This document shows, one piece after another, positions 8,907-20,773 of a DNA stretch of 64,000 bases (within the stretch, counting starts at the first letter, position 1; every line of letters begins with the position of its first letter). The DNA is from Pachysolen tannophilus NRRL Y-2460. Its lineage: Eukaryota. A program made the translations under genes and the position numbers. Below the pieces are notes generated by a model. The model was not told the origin of the DNA, searched no databases, and was given only the letters and a program-made list of their open reading frames with translations. The stretch is from assembly GCA_001661245.1 (NCBI GenBank), contig KV454015.1, positions 1 through 64,000 on the forward strand, written 5' to 3'.

Positions 8907-11249
8907 ATGCTTAAGGCCAGTAAATTTTATACCAACTTTAGGAGTTGTGTAGCTAGTATTAGCAGCGAGACTATTCATTTTAGTCATAATCTTGTGAGAA
9001 ATCAGGTTAAGCTTTCTCGAATATGTTTTTATAGAGGTATTCTGTTTTCCAAGAAACGCAGTAATAATGGGTGGTACATAAGCAATAATACCGGTATTAG
9101 AAATGTTTCTTGTGGTTGTGTAAAGGAAAAAATTACTGATGATGGATTAGTTTTTGGTGGTGGGGGGAAGACGGTTAATGTTAGATGGTTTTATGCAACT
9201 GATATTCCAAATTCTAAACCATTTCTTCAATTTTATGAAAGAAAAGAAGACCCGAAAAAATTTCTTCCATTTTCATCAGAGGATTCTAAAATATTGGAAG
9301 AGCAATATCAGAAATATCTTACGTTCAAGAAAAATGGTAATGTCAAGTCATCGGATTTGATTCCAGGGTTCCCATTAAATTTGGTTCCAGTCAATGAAGA
9401 TAGATTATTTGAATGTGATCTCAATTTACTTGAGATGAAACCAATTTATTGGGAAGGTAATTCTTATGAGATTAGGCGAGGCTTGTGGTTCAATAAAGAT
9501 GGTGTTCCTGTCTCCAAGGAATTGTCTAATGAATTGGAACAAGGTTATCAAGATCTTGTGATAAATACAAATATTATTGAAAAAAATTTTAAAGATATCG
9601 AAAAAATTTCTAAAAAAATTGTTCTTAAATCCAAAGAAGATAAACGAAAAGATTTGAAAATGGTTGTTTATGGTAAAGATAATACAGCATATATTATTCC
9701 AGATCATTCTTTTGCAAGATTTCAACTGAGTTATCTTACAAAAGCCCCTCCTGCTGCTTTATTAGGAGTTGAGAAATTTACTAGAGGTTACCAAAAAGAT
9801 AAGGCAAAAGAAAATGAATCAGAAAGACAAACTAATGATGATTCTTTACTAAATAATTATCAGCAAGAAATACTTAATGTTTTAAAGCTTGAAGTTAAAC
9901 CAAAAAATGATGATCTGTTAAAGAAAGTAATTCCAAATGAGCTTGAAAATGATTATAAAAATAAGTCCAGTAATGAAAATAGTCGACAAATTGACCATTT
10001 AGTCATATGTGTACATGGTATAGGACAAATATTGGGTACTAAATTTGAAAGCATTAATTTTATTCACAGTATAAATGTTTTAAGGAAAACAATGAAGACT
10101 ATTTTTAAAGAAAGTGAAGAGTTACAGAAAATTGCATATCCTAATGTTGAATTTACAAAAACATCGCCAAATTATGATCCAAAACTAATTAAAAATATCA
10201 AGGAAAATTGTAAGGTTCAAGTATTACCAATACTTTGGAGAAATAAAATTGATTTTGATAAATCTGTAAAAGATCATGTTTCGAAATTACCGACATTATC
10301 AGAGATTACAATAGACACTGTTCGTCCATTAAGGAATATTTTGGGGGATATCTTATTGGATGTTTTATTATACTATGAACCAAGGTACTTGAATATGATC
10401 TTGGATGAGGTTACCACACAAATCAATGATGTTTACGCTACTTATCTCAAGAAAAATCCAGGTTTTGAAGGAAAAGTCAGTTTTGTTGGCCATTCATTGG
10501 GGAGTGCAATTTTATTTGATATATTAGCCAGACAACCGGATCATGTAAATTTACATAGTGACAAGGATAAAATTTTAAACTTCGAAGTTGAGAATTTTTT
10601 TGCTGTTGGATCACCAATCGGTGTTTTCAAACTATTGAAACATTGTAACATTGGCCCAAGAGAATTAAATCCATTCAATGGTGAAAGTGATGTCAAATCA
10701 TTAGCCTCTCCAAAAGTTAAAAATTTTTATAATGTTTTTCATCCTTGCGATCCTGTTGGCTACCGCATTGAACCCTTAATTGATAGAGAGTTTGCAAACT
10801 ATAAACCTGCAATTATCCCATTTGCTTCAAAAAATATTGACAGTCAATTAAAAGACTTATCAGAGTATGGAGATCAATTGACAAGTAAAGTATTGCAAAA
10901 TTTGAATAGTGTAATATCAAATATTGCCCTACTCAAATCTAAAGCAGAATCAGATCTGAAGAATAATAATTCAGAAACAGCTCAAAATTCATTGGTTTCA
11001 CCTAGGGCATTACAAATCATGACTAAATGTAACTATAGTGGAAGAGTCGATTATTCTTTGCCTGAAGGAATATTTGATATATCTCTTTTTTCTGCTATTG
11101 GCTCACATGTTAGTTACTTTGAAGAACCTAATATCAGCGGATTTTTATTAAATCAATTATTAACGAAAAAAGAATCTGTAAAGGACAAGAGCGTTACTTT
11201 ATTGAATACAAATTCTGATGATGAGACTTTAAGGAAATTGAAATTCTAA
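8907..11249 (+). CDS. DDL1: DDHD-domain phospholipase A1, probably mitochondrial
   Basis: 'VRWFYATDIP', 'VHGIGQ', lipase motif 'GHSLG', 'FHPCDPVGYRIEP', 'RVDYSL...SHVSYF'; adjacent to SFM1. Confidence 0.9.
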   Translation: MLKASKFYTNFRSCVASISSETIHFSHNLVRNQVKLSRICFYRGILFSKKRSNNGWYISNNTGIRNVSCGCVKEKITDDGLVFGGGGKTVNVRWFYATDIPNSKPFLQFYERKEDPKKFLPFSSEDSKILEEQYQKYLTFKKNGNVKSSDLIPGFPLNLVPVNEDRLFECDLNLLEMKPIYWEGNSYEIRRGLWFNKDGVPVSKELSNELEQGYQDLVINTNIIEKNFKDIEKISKKIVLKSKEDKRKDLKMVVYGKDNTAYIIPDHSFARFQLSYLTKAPPAALLGVEKFTRGYQKDKAKENESERQTNDDSLLNNYQQEILNVLKLEVKPKNDDLLKKVIPNELENDYKNKSSNENSRQIDHLVICVHGIGQILGTKFESINFIHSINVLRKTMKTIFKESEELQKIAYPNVEFTKTSPNYDPKLIKNIKENCKVQVLPILWRNKIDFDKSVKDHVSKLPTLSEITIDTVRPLRNILGDILLDVLLYYEPRYLNMILDEVTTQINDVYATYLKKNPGFEGKVSFVGHSLGSAILFDILARQPDHVNLHSDKDKILNFEVENFFAVGSPIGVFKLLKHCNIGPRELNPFNGESDVKSLASPKVKNFYNVFHPCDPVGYRIEPLIDREFANYKPAIIPFASKNIDSQLKDLSEYGDQLTSKVLQNLNSVISNIALLKSKAESDLKNNNSETAQNSLVSPRALQIMTKCNYSGRVDYSLPEGIFDISLFSAIGSHVSYFEEPNISGFLLNQLLTKKESVKDKSVTLLNTNSDDETLRKLKF

Positions 11250-11407
11250 TTTCTTTTCTTAAATTTTATGGGTTGAAGGGAAAAGAAGATGGCATATAGT
11301 AGTATTTACAATCAATTTAGCATTTTATTCATTAACGAGTATGGGAAGAAAACAAAAAACAAAACAAAAAAAGAAAAACCTTAATATATGTTTTAATTTA
11401 ATATAAC

Positions 11408-12019
11408 TCAAATCAAATCATCTAATGTTTGTTCTGAATCTTTCTTAATGAGCTCTAACATTCCTTTTGGTAATATAGGTTGATTATTTTCATCCAAAAC
11501 GTATCTGAAAGGCATTTCTGTTGCTTCATGTTCTGAAAATCTTATTTCTGGATAATCAATGAACTTTATGTTTTCAAAGTCTTTCTGATCTTTTATTATT
11601 AACTGGGTGGTTCTCACAGCAGTATCTGTAGTCATTTGTAAAGATCCTAATCTTTTTCCTATAAACCCATATCTTCTTAATTCACCTGTTCTATCTCTAG
11701 GTGGATGATCACCTAAAATTCCTCCAAATACAAAATACTCAAAATTATTCGCATCTGTCACAGCTAAATCCTCTTTTGCAGCTGGATCTAATAAGCAAAC
11801 CTTAGTCTTCGGGGTGTCACCAGTAATTTCACTTACATCTTTTGTAGTCCATTGGAGTCCAGCATCCAATAATTTCTTTGGAATATCGTTTTCTGTCATG
11901 GTCAGAGGTAATGATGTTAACATTAAATTTTCCGGTCCAACCTCATTAATAATGGTAAAGTATTCAAGAATAACCCATTCTGTGAACCCGGCTTCCATAT
12001 GTTCTATAATATACTTCAT
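11408..12019 (-). CDS. SFM1: SPOUT-family protein arginine methyltransferase
   Basis: 'MKYIIEHME', 'FVFGGILGDHPPRDRT', 'QMTTDTA', 'EMPFRYV'. Confidence 0.93.
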   Translation of the reverse strand: MKYIIEHMEAGFTEWVILEYFTIINEVGPENLMLTSLPLTMTENDIPKKLLDAGLQWTTKDVSEITGDTPKTKVCLLDPAAKEDLAVTDANNFEYFVFGGILGDHPPRDRTGELRRYGFIGKRLGSLQMTTDTAVRTTQLIIKDQKDFENIKFIDYPEIRFSEHEATEMPFRYVLDENNQPILPKGMLELIKKDSEQTLDDLI

Positions 12020-12221
12020 TCTTACTAAGTGCCTATAATTATCTTATTGCTTCTTTTCTGTATTATATGTATACTAGATGAAGTTTAGTTTGAAATGAAA
12101 AAAAATATGAAAAAAAAAAAAATTTTTTTTTTTTTTTTTACAAGTAAATTCCTGATTTTCAGACCAACTTCAATTATATACAAAGAATATAAAAATTATT
12201 TAAATACAAAAAGATTATCCG

Positions 12222-14975
12222 CTATATACTCCCCGAATCGTTACTTTTATCCAAGTTCAAACCGGACGGATCCCCTAAAATCATATGTTGTTCCAGCATA
12301 ATATCGTTCATTGGGTTAAAGGCTGCAAAAAAGTTTGAACCTCCACCAGTCATTAAACTCTGAGTGGTAGAAGTATCAAAAAAATTGTCTGCTTTCATCT
12401 TGGATTCTGAAATCATTGCGTTCAAAAACTCATCCTCATTCTCAAATGTAATATCATCCATCAATGTATTTGCATTGCTGACAGAATCAATTAAAGATGT
12501 TAAAAATTCTGGTTTGTATGATGTTTCGTTATCTAACGTTGTCTTTTCAGCTATCTGATCATTATTATAAGCTGAAGCATTATTATCTTCATTTTCTGTC
12601 ACACCCATTGATAATGGATTAAACGAATATTTCTGACTCAACAAATTATATTTATCTGGATAGGTATATTTTAAATGGTTGATAAAAAGTTTGATTATCA
12701 TAGTCAATCTAAAACATTGGAAAAATTTATTGTCCATTTGTGAACATTTATAATAAAACACTTTGATATATTGAAATAGCATTATATTGAATTGTTTATC
12801 CAATGAAACATCAACATTGGTTGTCAAATTATGAAGTGAAATATTAAACCATTTAATAACATCCACGGAATCATCAGAATTTGAAAAAGATCTTATTATC
12901 GAGGTAAATGAAAAAAAATTGAAATTGTACCTCAAAGTTAATGAAGTCAAAAATTGTAAACTTCTAGTAGAAGCAACTAAAATACATGATGAAATTAAGT
13001 AATAATGTTCAGAAAACAAATTATTCATTTTAAAATAATTTGCATCATTCTCAGTGGACAACTGATTCTCCGAAATAAATGACACAAAATCAAAAGATAA
13101 TTTGAACAAAATCAAAGAGTCTTCAGTAAGCTCGGCCAAACTAGAGGATTCTTCATTATACAAGTTATTGAAACTGCTGTTAATATAACTTTCATCATCC
13201 TCCGATAATATCATAAGATAATTTAAGATATATCGAGCCGTAAGAATTTGAATTCTCATCATAAAGCAAACTATATTATGCATTTTATAATAAACATCTT
13301 TATTTCTTGGATCTTCTTCCAATTCTTTAAAAGATTTGAAATCATTCTTTAAAAGTTTTTCAGCTTTCTGGATTATTTTAGAGAAATCAGATCTTCTTGT
13401 TTGAGATTTTATACCATTTAAAAGATTACAAACTTCTCTATAGAGCTTTGTTACCCTAAACTTTATTTCACAAGATTTGATGATTTGCTTTTCAATCACC
13501 AATTTCTCATATCTATCTTTATTTTGTTCATTCAAACATCCTGGATTATTCTTTACTTCATCCAAAAATAATTTGTCATTCATTTCCAAGAAAGGTAGTT
13601 CACAATCCCACATATCATCACTTATAATTAATGGTGAACCGGATTGTATTGACTTGCAACAATCCAAATATAAAAGTTCGTACCATATCTTTCTCCATAA
13701 ATGTCTTACTTTTGGATCATTGATAACATCTTGGAAACATCCTGGATCTCTATACATACCGTGCATTCTACTCATTTGTATCAAAGTAGACAATAATAAG
13801 GATGAGTCAGACCCATCATCATCACTTTCTGGACAATAGGAGCCATACAATTTTAAAAATAATAATGACTGAATACCTCTAAAAGTTATCTTCTTGGAAA
13901 AATTAGAGTCATCAGGAGCATTAAAAATACAATTTTTGGCATGATCGATAAATACTTCTGGAATTACAACCTTATTTGAACATAATTTCAATAATTTTGA
14001 ATCATTGATTAAACTAGTATCTGAATAAAATTCTTTCAAAGGTAAAGTTAAATATGAAAGCCTTAAAATAATTAATAATATAGCAACATCAGCCAATAAA
14101 GATGGATGGAAACATTTTAAATAAGCCTTACCTGTTGATTCTTCTTTAAACAAAAACAATTTCAATTCATTTTTAAAACTTTCTTCATCAATATATGGGA
14201 GTAAAGAATAACATTTAACGAAAAAATTATCAACTAATATCGAAATGTTTTCAAACGTTGGTAAAATCAGATTGATTGGATCTGTGAAACCATCAGTAAT
14301 AGCTTGAGCATTCATATTTCTAGTTTCTAAACGTTTAGCATTGAAACTCCTATCATTTCCAAAACAAAATTCAGAACCATTTTCAATATGTCCTTCAAGT
14401 TTTTCTTCTGCCAGCATCATGGTCTTATTATCACTTAATAACTCCATATACTCCATATATATTTGTTTATGTTTTAACAAGAAATTTTCAAACACTTTGT
14501 GCAACATTGGATCCACCATTGGTACTGCCATAAATGATGTAGTTCCAAAATGCATCAATTTATTTTCTTTTATAATTAAACTATCAAATTTTGAACTCAA
14601 CTCAAAAATTGGATCTTCCTCTTGAGTATCTGAACCTGTGGTTGTAACTGTCTTCTTACTCTCTGGAGTTTCATTGAGATCCGCATCTCTTAAATTCTTC
14701 TCCAATTGATTTATCTTCATTTTCAACTTGACAATTTCATTCGATAATTGTTTTTCAGTAGATAAATGTTCCCACGGCTGTTGCTTATAAGCACATAACT
14801 CTGTAGTACCATTTTTAACACAAGAAGAACAAAAAGGCCTTTGTTTATCACATTTCATCTTTCTCCTCCTACACACAGAACAACTAGTAGGAACTCTATT
14901 CCTTGTCTTTCTAACTCTATGATCATCATCTCCTGATGCATTGAGTGATTTCGTACTCTCATTTGAAATACTCAT
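12222..14975 (-). CDS. Zn(II)2Cys6 transcription factor with fungal TF middle homology region (Mrr1/Yrr1/Oaf1-like)
   Basis: 'SCSVCRRRKMKCDKQRPFCSSCVKNGTTELC'; 'GMYRDP...LWRKIW'. First ATG is at 14975; the ORF track used a GTG. Confidence 0.88.
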   Translation of the reverse strand: MSISNESTKSLNASGDDDHRVRKTRNRVPTSCSVCRRRKMKCDKQRPFCSSCVKNGTTELCAYKQQPWEHLSTEKQLSNEIVKLKMKINQLEKNLRDADLNETPESKKTVTTTGSDTQEEDPIFELSSKFDSLIIKENKLMHFGTTSFMAVPMVDPMLHKVFENFLLKHKQIYMEYMELLSDNKTMMLAEEKLEGHIENGSEFCFGNDRSFNAKRLETRNMNAQAITDGFTDPINLILPTFENISILVDNFFVKCYSLLPYIDEESFKNELKLFLFKEESTGKAYLKCFHPSLLADVAILLIILRLSYLTLPLKEFYSDTSLINDSKLLKLCSNKVVIPEVFIDHAKNCIFNAPDDSNFSKKITFRGIQSLLFLKLYGSYCPESDDDGSDSSLLLSTLIQMSRMHGMYRDPGCFQDVINDPKVRHLWRKIWYELLYLDCCKSIQSGSPLIISDDMWDCELPFLEMNDKLFLDEVKNNPGCLNEQNKDRYEKLVIEKQIIKSCEIKFRVTKLYREVCNLLNGIKSQTRRSDFSKIIQKAEKLLKNDFKSFKELEEDPRNKDVYYKMHNIVCFMMRIQILTARYILNYLMILSEDDESYINSSFNNLYNEESSSLAELTEDSLILFKLSFDFVSFISENQLSTENDANYFKMNNLFSEHYYLISSCILVASTRSLQFLTSLTLRYNFNFFSFTSIIRSFSNSDDSVDVIKWFNISLHNLTTNVDVSLDKQFNIMLFQYIKVFYYKCSQMDNKFFQCFRLTMIIKLFINHLKYTYPDKYNLLSQKYSFNPLSMGVTENEDNNASAYNNDQIAEKTTLDNETSYKPEFLTSLIDSVSNANTLMDDITFENEDEFLNAMISESKMKADNFFDTSTTQSLMTGGGSNFFAAFNPMNDIMLEQHMILGDPSGLNLDKSNDSGSI

Positions 14976-15277
14976 TGTTTCTTCCACCTTTTTTCTTTTT
15001 TTTTTTTTNTTTTTTATATTTTTATTTCTTACAACTTAATGTAAAATATAAATCAAAGAGGTTCAAGATCTTATTAAAAAAAAACCAATTGAATTAATAA
15101 AAGAAACAAGAATAAATACACTTGAAATTTAAATAGTGGCAAACATTAAAAGGGTACATAACATTTTTAATTAATTATTAAATGTGACTAAAACTTGAGT
15201 CGTTCTCGCAAACACACAGACACATGTCCCAATTAGGAAAGTGACATTGACACTTTTTATAAGGCCAATTTATCTTA

Positions 15278-16576
15278 TCAGTTGATGGATTCATTGGTTG
15301 TGAATACTGGTTTTATCTTCATGGATATTGGTAGGTTTGGGTCTGTGACGATGATTTCTTCTGAGTGAGCTATCAATTCAGATAATTTTTTGTCTAAGTT
15401 TGGTCGAGTAGTTTTTTCTAGGAATTCAGGTGATTGTAAATACAAATTTTTAGAATTTGTTCTTAACGAGGGTTTATTGATTTGAATATTATTATTATTA
15501 CCCTCGTTACTACTTTTAACTTTATTTTCAATGAAATCCCTTAAGGTATACCATTTAGGTATTTCAATGGTTTTTGGCAGGTACCCACAAACGGGGCAAT
15601 CTTCTCTTTTTTCCATTTGGAAAGTATAAGTGAAAATTGAATCTGAACCTGAGTACATCATATATTCTTCCAAGATAGGATTACAACTAGTTATTATCTT
15701 GAAAGCTTCATTACAACAACTAGCTGCAATTATTGCATTGGTTGAAGCTATAGCAGGAATAATATTTTTCAGTACTCCTAACGTTAAACTTCTTGTTATT
15801 CCATTTATACCGAAAAATTTACCTCTTTCTAAAGATTTAGCATATATCCAATCAACATCTTCTGAACTATCTGAATCAAATTTCCTTTGACCAAAATGTC
15901 GAGGCCATTCCAATTGTAATGCCCACTCAATACAATGCTCTGGTAATCTTGGTGTGTTTGCAATTGTACATACTGGATAAGTAGCTTTAGTAGTTAATAA
16001 ATTTAAAGAACACTCATAACAAGCAGTCATTTTCGGTAATATGACTCTTGATTGTCCTTTAAAACCTTCTGTTCCGCCATCAATTAAAGGTATAAATGTA
16101 TTTTCAAAATCATCAGGTTCATAAAGATTCACTATTGTAGCATTTATCCATCTTCTTGCCTCAACTGAATCTAAACCTGCTATTATACAATTAAATTGTT
16201 TATAGTATTCTAATGGCATATCTTGGATTTTACCGAAAAAGGGAGTTATATTACAACCTTTGACTCTTTCCATTACAAAAGCTGCTGCAACTTCTGCTTT
16301 AGATTTCCCTATATCATTTTGTCTAAATAAAAACTGTCTATTCAAATTGGAAATATCAATAGTATCCATATCAATAACATGTATGTTTTTAAAACCTGTA
16401 AGAGATAAATCCTTCAAGATCTCACAGCCAAGACCACCAGCTCCAATGACTAAAATTTTGGATTCTAATAACAGTTGATAATTATCCTGATCTGTATGAT
16501 ATGTCGGATCAGTATATGGACCTGATTGTTTCAAAAATTGAAATAGTGATGGTTCCAAATTTCTATCGGAATTCAT
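15278..16576 (-). CDS. UBA3: NEDD8/Rub1-activating enzyme E1 catalytic subunit
   Basis: 'ILVIGAGGLGCE', 'DTIDISNLNRQFLF', catalytic 'YPVCTIANTPRLPEHCIEW', 'NIIPAIASTNA'. Confidence 0.95.
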   Translation of the reverse strand: MNSDRNLEPSLFQFLKQSGPYTDPTYHTDQDNYQLLLESKILVIGAGGLGCEILKDLSLTGFKNIHVIDMDTIDISNLNRQFLFRQNDIGKSKAEVAAAFVMERVKGCNITPFFGKIQDMPLEYYKQFNCIIAGLDSVEARRWINATIVNLYEPDDFENTFIPLIDGGTEGFKGQSRVILPKMTACYECSLNLLTTKATYPVCTIANTPRLPEHCIEWALQLEWPRHFGQRKFDSDSSEDVDWIYAKSLERGKFFGINGITRSLTLGVLKNIIPAIASTNAIIAASCCNEAFKIITSCNPILEEYMMYSGSDSIFTYTFQMEKREDCPVCGYLPKTIEIPKWYTLRDFIENKVKSSNEGNNNNIQINKPSLRTNSKNLYLQSPEFLEKTTRPNLDKKLSELIAHSEEIIVTDPNLPISMKIKPVFTTNESIN

Positions 16577-16896
16577 ATTTACACTCTAACAACTAATATT
16601 TATAATCATTTATATATTTTATAACTTCCTATTCCAACAATTCAGGTATCTCCCCGTTATAAAAATTGAATAATGAATGTATAAAGTAATTGTTCACAGC
16701 GTAGTATTTTAAAGTGTTTATACAATTTATAAGAATTTTCCAAACTACTTTTCTTCAATTGAAAACCTACAAACCAAAATATAAAGCTATAATGCAAAAC
16801 TATAAAATAAAAAAAAAAAAATAATAAATATTCGGAAAAAAATTCCACCCATATTGAAATCTTGGAATCTTTGGTACAATAGATAGATAAAACTAT

Positions 16897-18504
16897 TCAT
16901 GTACTTGTACTTTTAAGTCTTTTATTAGGACCTAATTTGCTTGGTGGCATACCGACCAATCTTTTAGGTGTTGCTTTTGGATTATCAAATGATAAAGGAC
17001 TATTTGTGATTTGTTGTAGTGGTCTTGGTTTTGAAATAGCTTTATCCGTAAGTGCAGGTGCAACTGTAGTTGTAGAAGTTGAAGTTCTAAGCGATGATTC
17101 AGTGAAATCTGTTTGTGGTTGTGAGTCAACTAGTGAATTTTCATCTTTTGAATTTAAGTCTTCTGTATACTCATTTAAAGGTTTCCTTGAAGATTTATAT
17201 ATTACCTTTGTCAGCGATCCAGGAGTTCTCAAAATTGGAACAGATTTATTTGCATCAATACTTCTTCCAATTGTAGGAGTTTGAACTTGTGGGTTATACA
17301 TTATTTGTTGAGCAACAGGTATTAACGTATTTGAAGGCGCTGTTTCTATTAAATTCCTAGCTAATCTTGTTGAAACAAATGCAACAGATGCTGGTTCTTT
17401 TGACTCTGATGTGCTGCTGTTGCCTGTGATGTTGCCGCCGTTATTTCGGGGAAGCTGATTTTGGTTGTGAACTCTTGGCAGTTCAGGTGTTCTATAAGCA
17501 TCAGTTTCTTTTAACCGATTGTTGTTGTTGTTGTTGTTGTTGTTAATCTCGATTGCAGCATTTTCAGAATTGGATTTATTTTCATTTTCACCAACAGAAA
17601 TATTTTTATTCAAAAGTAATTGCATTTCATAATCATCTATACCATTCATTAAATCTTCACTTTCTAAAACTTCATCACTAAATAAAAATGAATCTTCAAT
17701 AAAGGCATCTTCTGGAATTAATCTACCAGATTTAGTAGTAGTCATTTTTCTATTATTATCATTATTATGGCTTGAATTATTACCTTGATCGTTTTGTAAC
17801 TGCTTATGGCGGCTTTTAACTGGAAGATTATTATTATTAATATTGTTATTTGTAATATTACCAGTTCCCCTAGAATTTTCTATATTATTATTATTATTAT
17901 TATTACCATTTCTATTCATTTTATTTTTAAAATTTGGATTAACATTTTCCATTGGTCTTAATAATTGATCTTCACTTAAATCTTTTGTAATTTTTTTAAC
18001 TTGTTTAACTTTTTGTAAATAATTTTTTTCATATAAACAATTACCCAATACATTACCAAATTGTCTTAAAGCTCTTTTCACAGCATCTGTAACAGCTTCT
18101 TTCTTTGCCTTATCAAACGCCATTGATCTACTTTTACAATTTTCAATACTCCCATAACCTATATCTTCATGATAAGTTCCATCTTTAATTGTTACTCTAA
18201 CAACAACAGATAAACCTAAAGACCATCTTCCACCAGATCCATCAACATAATCAACTTGGCTAGATCTAATCTCAGAATTCCACCCATTAAACCCAAACAC
18301 CTGATTCGCCAAGTTAAGTGCCTTCCATCCTTCAATATATATCACTTGAGAACCTCCTGCCGCTGCTCTAAATGAAACATATTCAGGACCTAAACATTTT
18401 TCTAAATTATACTTGAGATTCAGTTTCTCTTCCTCAGTATACTGACAAAACCCACCACCACTATTCCGGGATTCATCCACAGTATGCCCACTGTTATTGA
18501 TCAT
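16897..18504 (-). CDS. RAD52: DNA recombination/repair protein Rad52
   Basis: 'LGPEYVSFR', 'YIEGWK..NLANQVFGFNGW', 'AKKEAVTDAVKRALRQFGNVLGNCLY'; long disordered C-terminus; divergent from NDC1. First ATG is at 18504. Confidence 0.95.
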   Translation of the reverse strand: MINNSGHTVDESRNSGGGFCQYTEEEKLNLKYNLEKCLGPEYVSFRAAAGGSQVIYIEGWKALNLANQVFGFNGWNSEIRSSQVDYVDGSGGRWSLGLSVVVRVTIKDGTYHEDIGYGSIENCKSRSMAFDKAKKEAVTDAVKRALRQFGNVLGNCLYEKNYLQKVKQVKKITKDLSEDQLLRPMENVNPNFKNKMNRNGNNNNNNNIENSRGTGNITNNNINNNNLPVKSRHKQLQNDQGNNSSHNNDNNRKMTTTKSGRLIPEDAFIEDSFLFSDEVLESEDLMNGIDDYEMQLLLNKNISVGENENKSNSENAAIEINNNNNNNNNRLKETDAYRTPELPRVHNQNQLPRNNGGNITGNSSTSESKEPASVAFVSTRLARNLIETAPSNTLIPVAQQIMYNPQVQTPTIGRSIDANKSVPILRTPGSLTKVIYKSSRKPLNEYTEDLNSKDENSLVDSQPQTDFTESSLRTSTSTTTVAPALTDKAISKPRPLQQITNSPLSFDNPKATPKRLVGMPPSKLGPNKRLKSTST

Positions 18505-18691
18505 TTCCAACAACTGATCAATCAAAAAACAAAAATCCAAAACAAAAAAGAAACTTATACCGCTGAATATATATTAACCGCCAATAACTCTTTTATTCTT
18601 TTATCTTGATTTGAGGCCATCTTCTTTAACTTCCTTTACTTTCTTCCTCTTGTTTTTGTTGCCATTTGAAAATTACCTAAAAAATCATTTT

Positions 18692-18697
18692 ACGCGT
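18692..18697. promoter_or_regulatory. MCB element (ACGCGT) in the RAD52/NDC1 bidirectional promoter
   Basis: Exact MluI box in an AT-rich intergenic region between a repair gene and an SPB/NPC gene. Confidence 0.55.
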
Positions 18698-18869
18698 TTG
18701 TCGCACGACGTTTTGTTTTTTTTGCTTCAATTTTTTCTCTCTTTTATTTTCACTGTGTTTCTTTTTTTTTTAAGATGTATAGGAATTGTAATAGAAAATA
18801 TTAAAGAAGAATTTATTGTATCAGGTTTAATAAAAATAAGAGCGTTTATTTGACGCAAAAGATTGGAAG

Positions 18870-20603
18870 ATGATTGATCTTTCAAAGTTGGAGAGTGAAA
18901 GAAGAGTTCTTAATAGTGGTAATAATGGGGATAAGGTGAAGATTCAGCCAGTTTTTTATCGCAAGTTGTATTATACAATTTTAAACAAGAGAATGAAGTT
19001 TTATATTAGGTTATTATTTGCTTTAAGTGTATTGTTTAGTATTTCAATGACATTTTATATTTCGAGTTTCCAGATTTTCATGGTTCCAATTGGATCACTT
19101 GTTATATTTTCAGGATTTATTATGATTAAATCTTCTAGGGATATAAATGTTGTTGTAGAGAATGATTCAAATTATTTAAATTTTGCTTCTCAAGCCATTG
19201 GAGAATTAATTAATAAAAAATTTTTCAATACTTTATTGAGTTATACAATTTCAAGTTTTTGCAGTCACTTGATTATATGCTATAGTGAGTCATTTGGTTA
19301 TTATACACCTTTACCTACAAGAACTATTAAACCATCGTTTAATGATCAATTTGTTTATCTTTGGTATCATTGTACGTTGGTAAGTATTGTTTATTCAATT
19401 CAACATGCAATTTTTTTGAAAGATAAGTTATATTTTAAATATGGTGTTGATAGATTAGATCCAAGAGAACATATTCTTAAAAATCATTTATTATTATTGA
19501 AAAATGCACTTTATTTAACAGTGTTTTTATCAGTTTTAAATCCAGTGATTTATATCTTACAAAGAGATTTCATCTATAAAATATTACTTTATCCAATTTA
19601 TTGGATATTCAATTTAAATTATAAAGTACCTCCTTTAAAGTTTACTTTATCTTTATATTGGAAATTAATAATCAACAATTTCTTTATTTTTTATTCATGG
19701 GAATTAATAAATCGAATATATGATGTTTATTCAACAATAGGTTGTATTCATAATTCAAATCCAATTTCACAATATTCTAATGATCCAATTAATACCTTAC
19801 TTACAGGTTTAAGAGATTATAAAAATCCATTAGTTAGACTTGTGGCATTTCAGGAATTACTTCATATAGTAACAATTGAAGAAGATCCAAAGTTTAAAAG
19901 AATGATTTATAACTCACATTTCAAACATACTTATGTTTGGCCAATGATACTAAATGAATGTTCAATTGTCATCAAAGATACATGTAAACGTATTCAATCA
20001 AGAAGACCAGTTTTACAGGAAAATATTCTTTCAAAAATACCTATTGTAAATAACAAACCAAAGAAAACCCGAAAAAATGAGGTTGCAAAACCAATATTTG
20101 GTAGTTCTTTTTCAAATATTGATGAAGATTCAAATGATTCAATAGATCATTATTCATTAGATCCTGTTGACTTATTAGTATCTAAATCAGAAAAAAATCA
20201 TGATGAAAATAAACTGAAAATAATAAATGATGACATTTCACCAATCGATTTAACTAAAACTTTTGAACCTATAGTGAAGTCATTTGATCAATATTATTTG
20301 GAACTCTTGAATTCCAGTATTGCTTATCCCTTCCGTCCAACTTTAGAAAGGGAAATTTCCACAAGAATATTAAATCCAGTTAATTTTGGTAATTGTATTA
20401 TTATAATTGGAACAACACTAATAAATGAATATGATAATACAGTAACCGGACAAGAAATGCTTTCGTTGTTGATGTTGGTTTATAACGTCACACAAGATTT
20501 CATAAGAGATTTTAAAATCAGTAATAATAATAACTTGATTAGTATATTTAATGAGCTTACAGCAGATATTCTTGAAGAATACAAGTCATTAAATGAGGAG
20601 TAA
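18870..20603 (+). CDS. NDC1: Transmembrane nucleoporin Ndc1
   Basis: Six N-terminal TM segments; 'PISQYSNDPINTLLTGL', 'AFQEL', 'W..IL.EC'; RAD52-NDC1 adjacency as in S. cerevisiae. Confidence 0.88.
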   Translation: MIDLSKLESERRVLNSGNNGDKVKIQPVFYRKLYYTILNKRMKFYIRLLFALSVLFSISMTFYISSFQIFMVPIGSLVIFSGFIMIKSSRDINVVVENDSNYLNFASQAIGELINKKFFNTLLSYTISSFCSHLIICYSESFGYYTPLPTRTIKPSFNDQFVYLWYHCTLVSIVYSIQHAIFLKDKLYFKYGVDRLDPREHILKNHLLLLKNALYLTVFLSVLNPVIYILQRDFIYKILLYPIYWIFNLNYKVPPLKFTLSLYWKLIINNFFIFYSWELINRIYDVYSTIGCIHNSNPISQYSNDPINTLLTGLRDYKNPLVRLVAFQELLHIVTIEEDPKFKRMIYNSHFKHTYVWPMILNECSIVIKDTCKRIQSRRPVLQENILSKIPIVNNKPKKTRKNEVAKPIFGSSFSNIDEDSNDSIDHYSLDPVDLLVSKSEKNHDENKLKIINDDISPIDLTKTFEPIVKSFDQYYLELLNSSIAYPFRPTLEREISTRILNPVNFGNCIIIIGTTLINEYDNTVTGQEMLSLLMLVYNVTQDFIRDFKISNNNNLISIFNELTADILEEYKSLNEE

Positions 20604-20773
20604 ATAGAAGAAGTTTATATAGGTTTTGAAGCCAAAAGAGAGAGAGAAATAAATAAATAAAAAGAAAAAAAAAAAAAATAACATAGTTCATTATAATTCA
20701 TGTTTGAGAACATGTACATACATATAAAAACAATTTGTAGAAACAGAAATAATATGACTATCTACTGTTTTGT

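Noticed and set aside
15135..15143. AGTGGCAAA, a PACE/Rpn4-like site upstream of the Zn-cluster gene
   Set aside because: Single non-canonical match with no supporting context.
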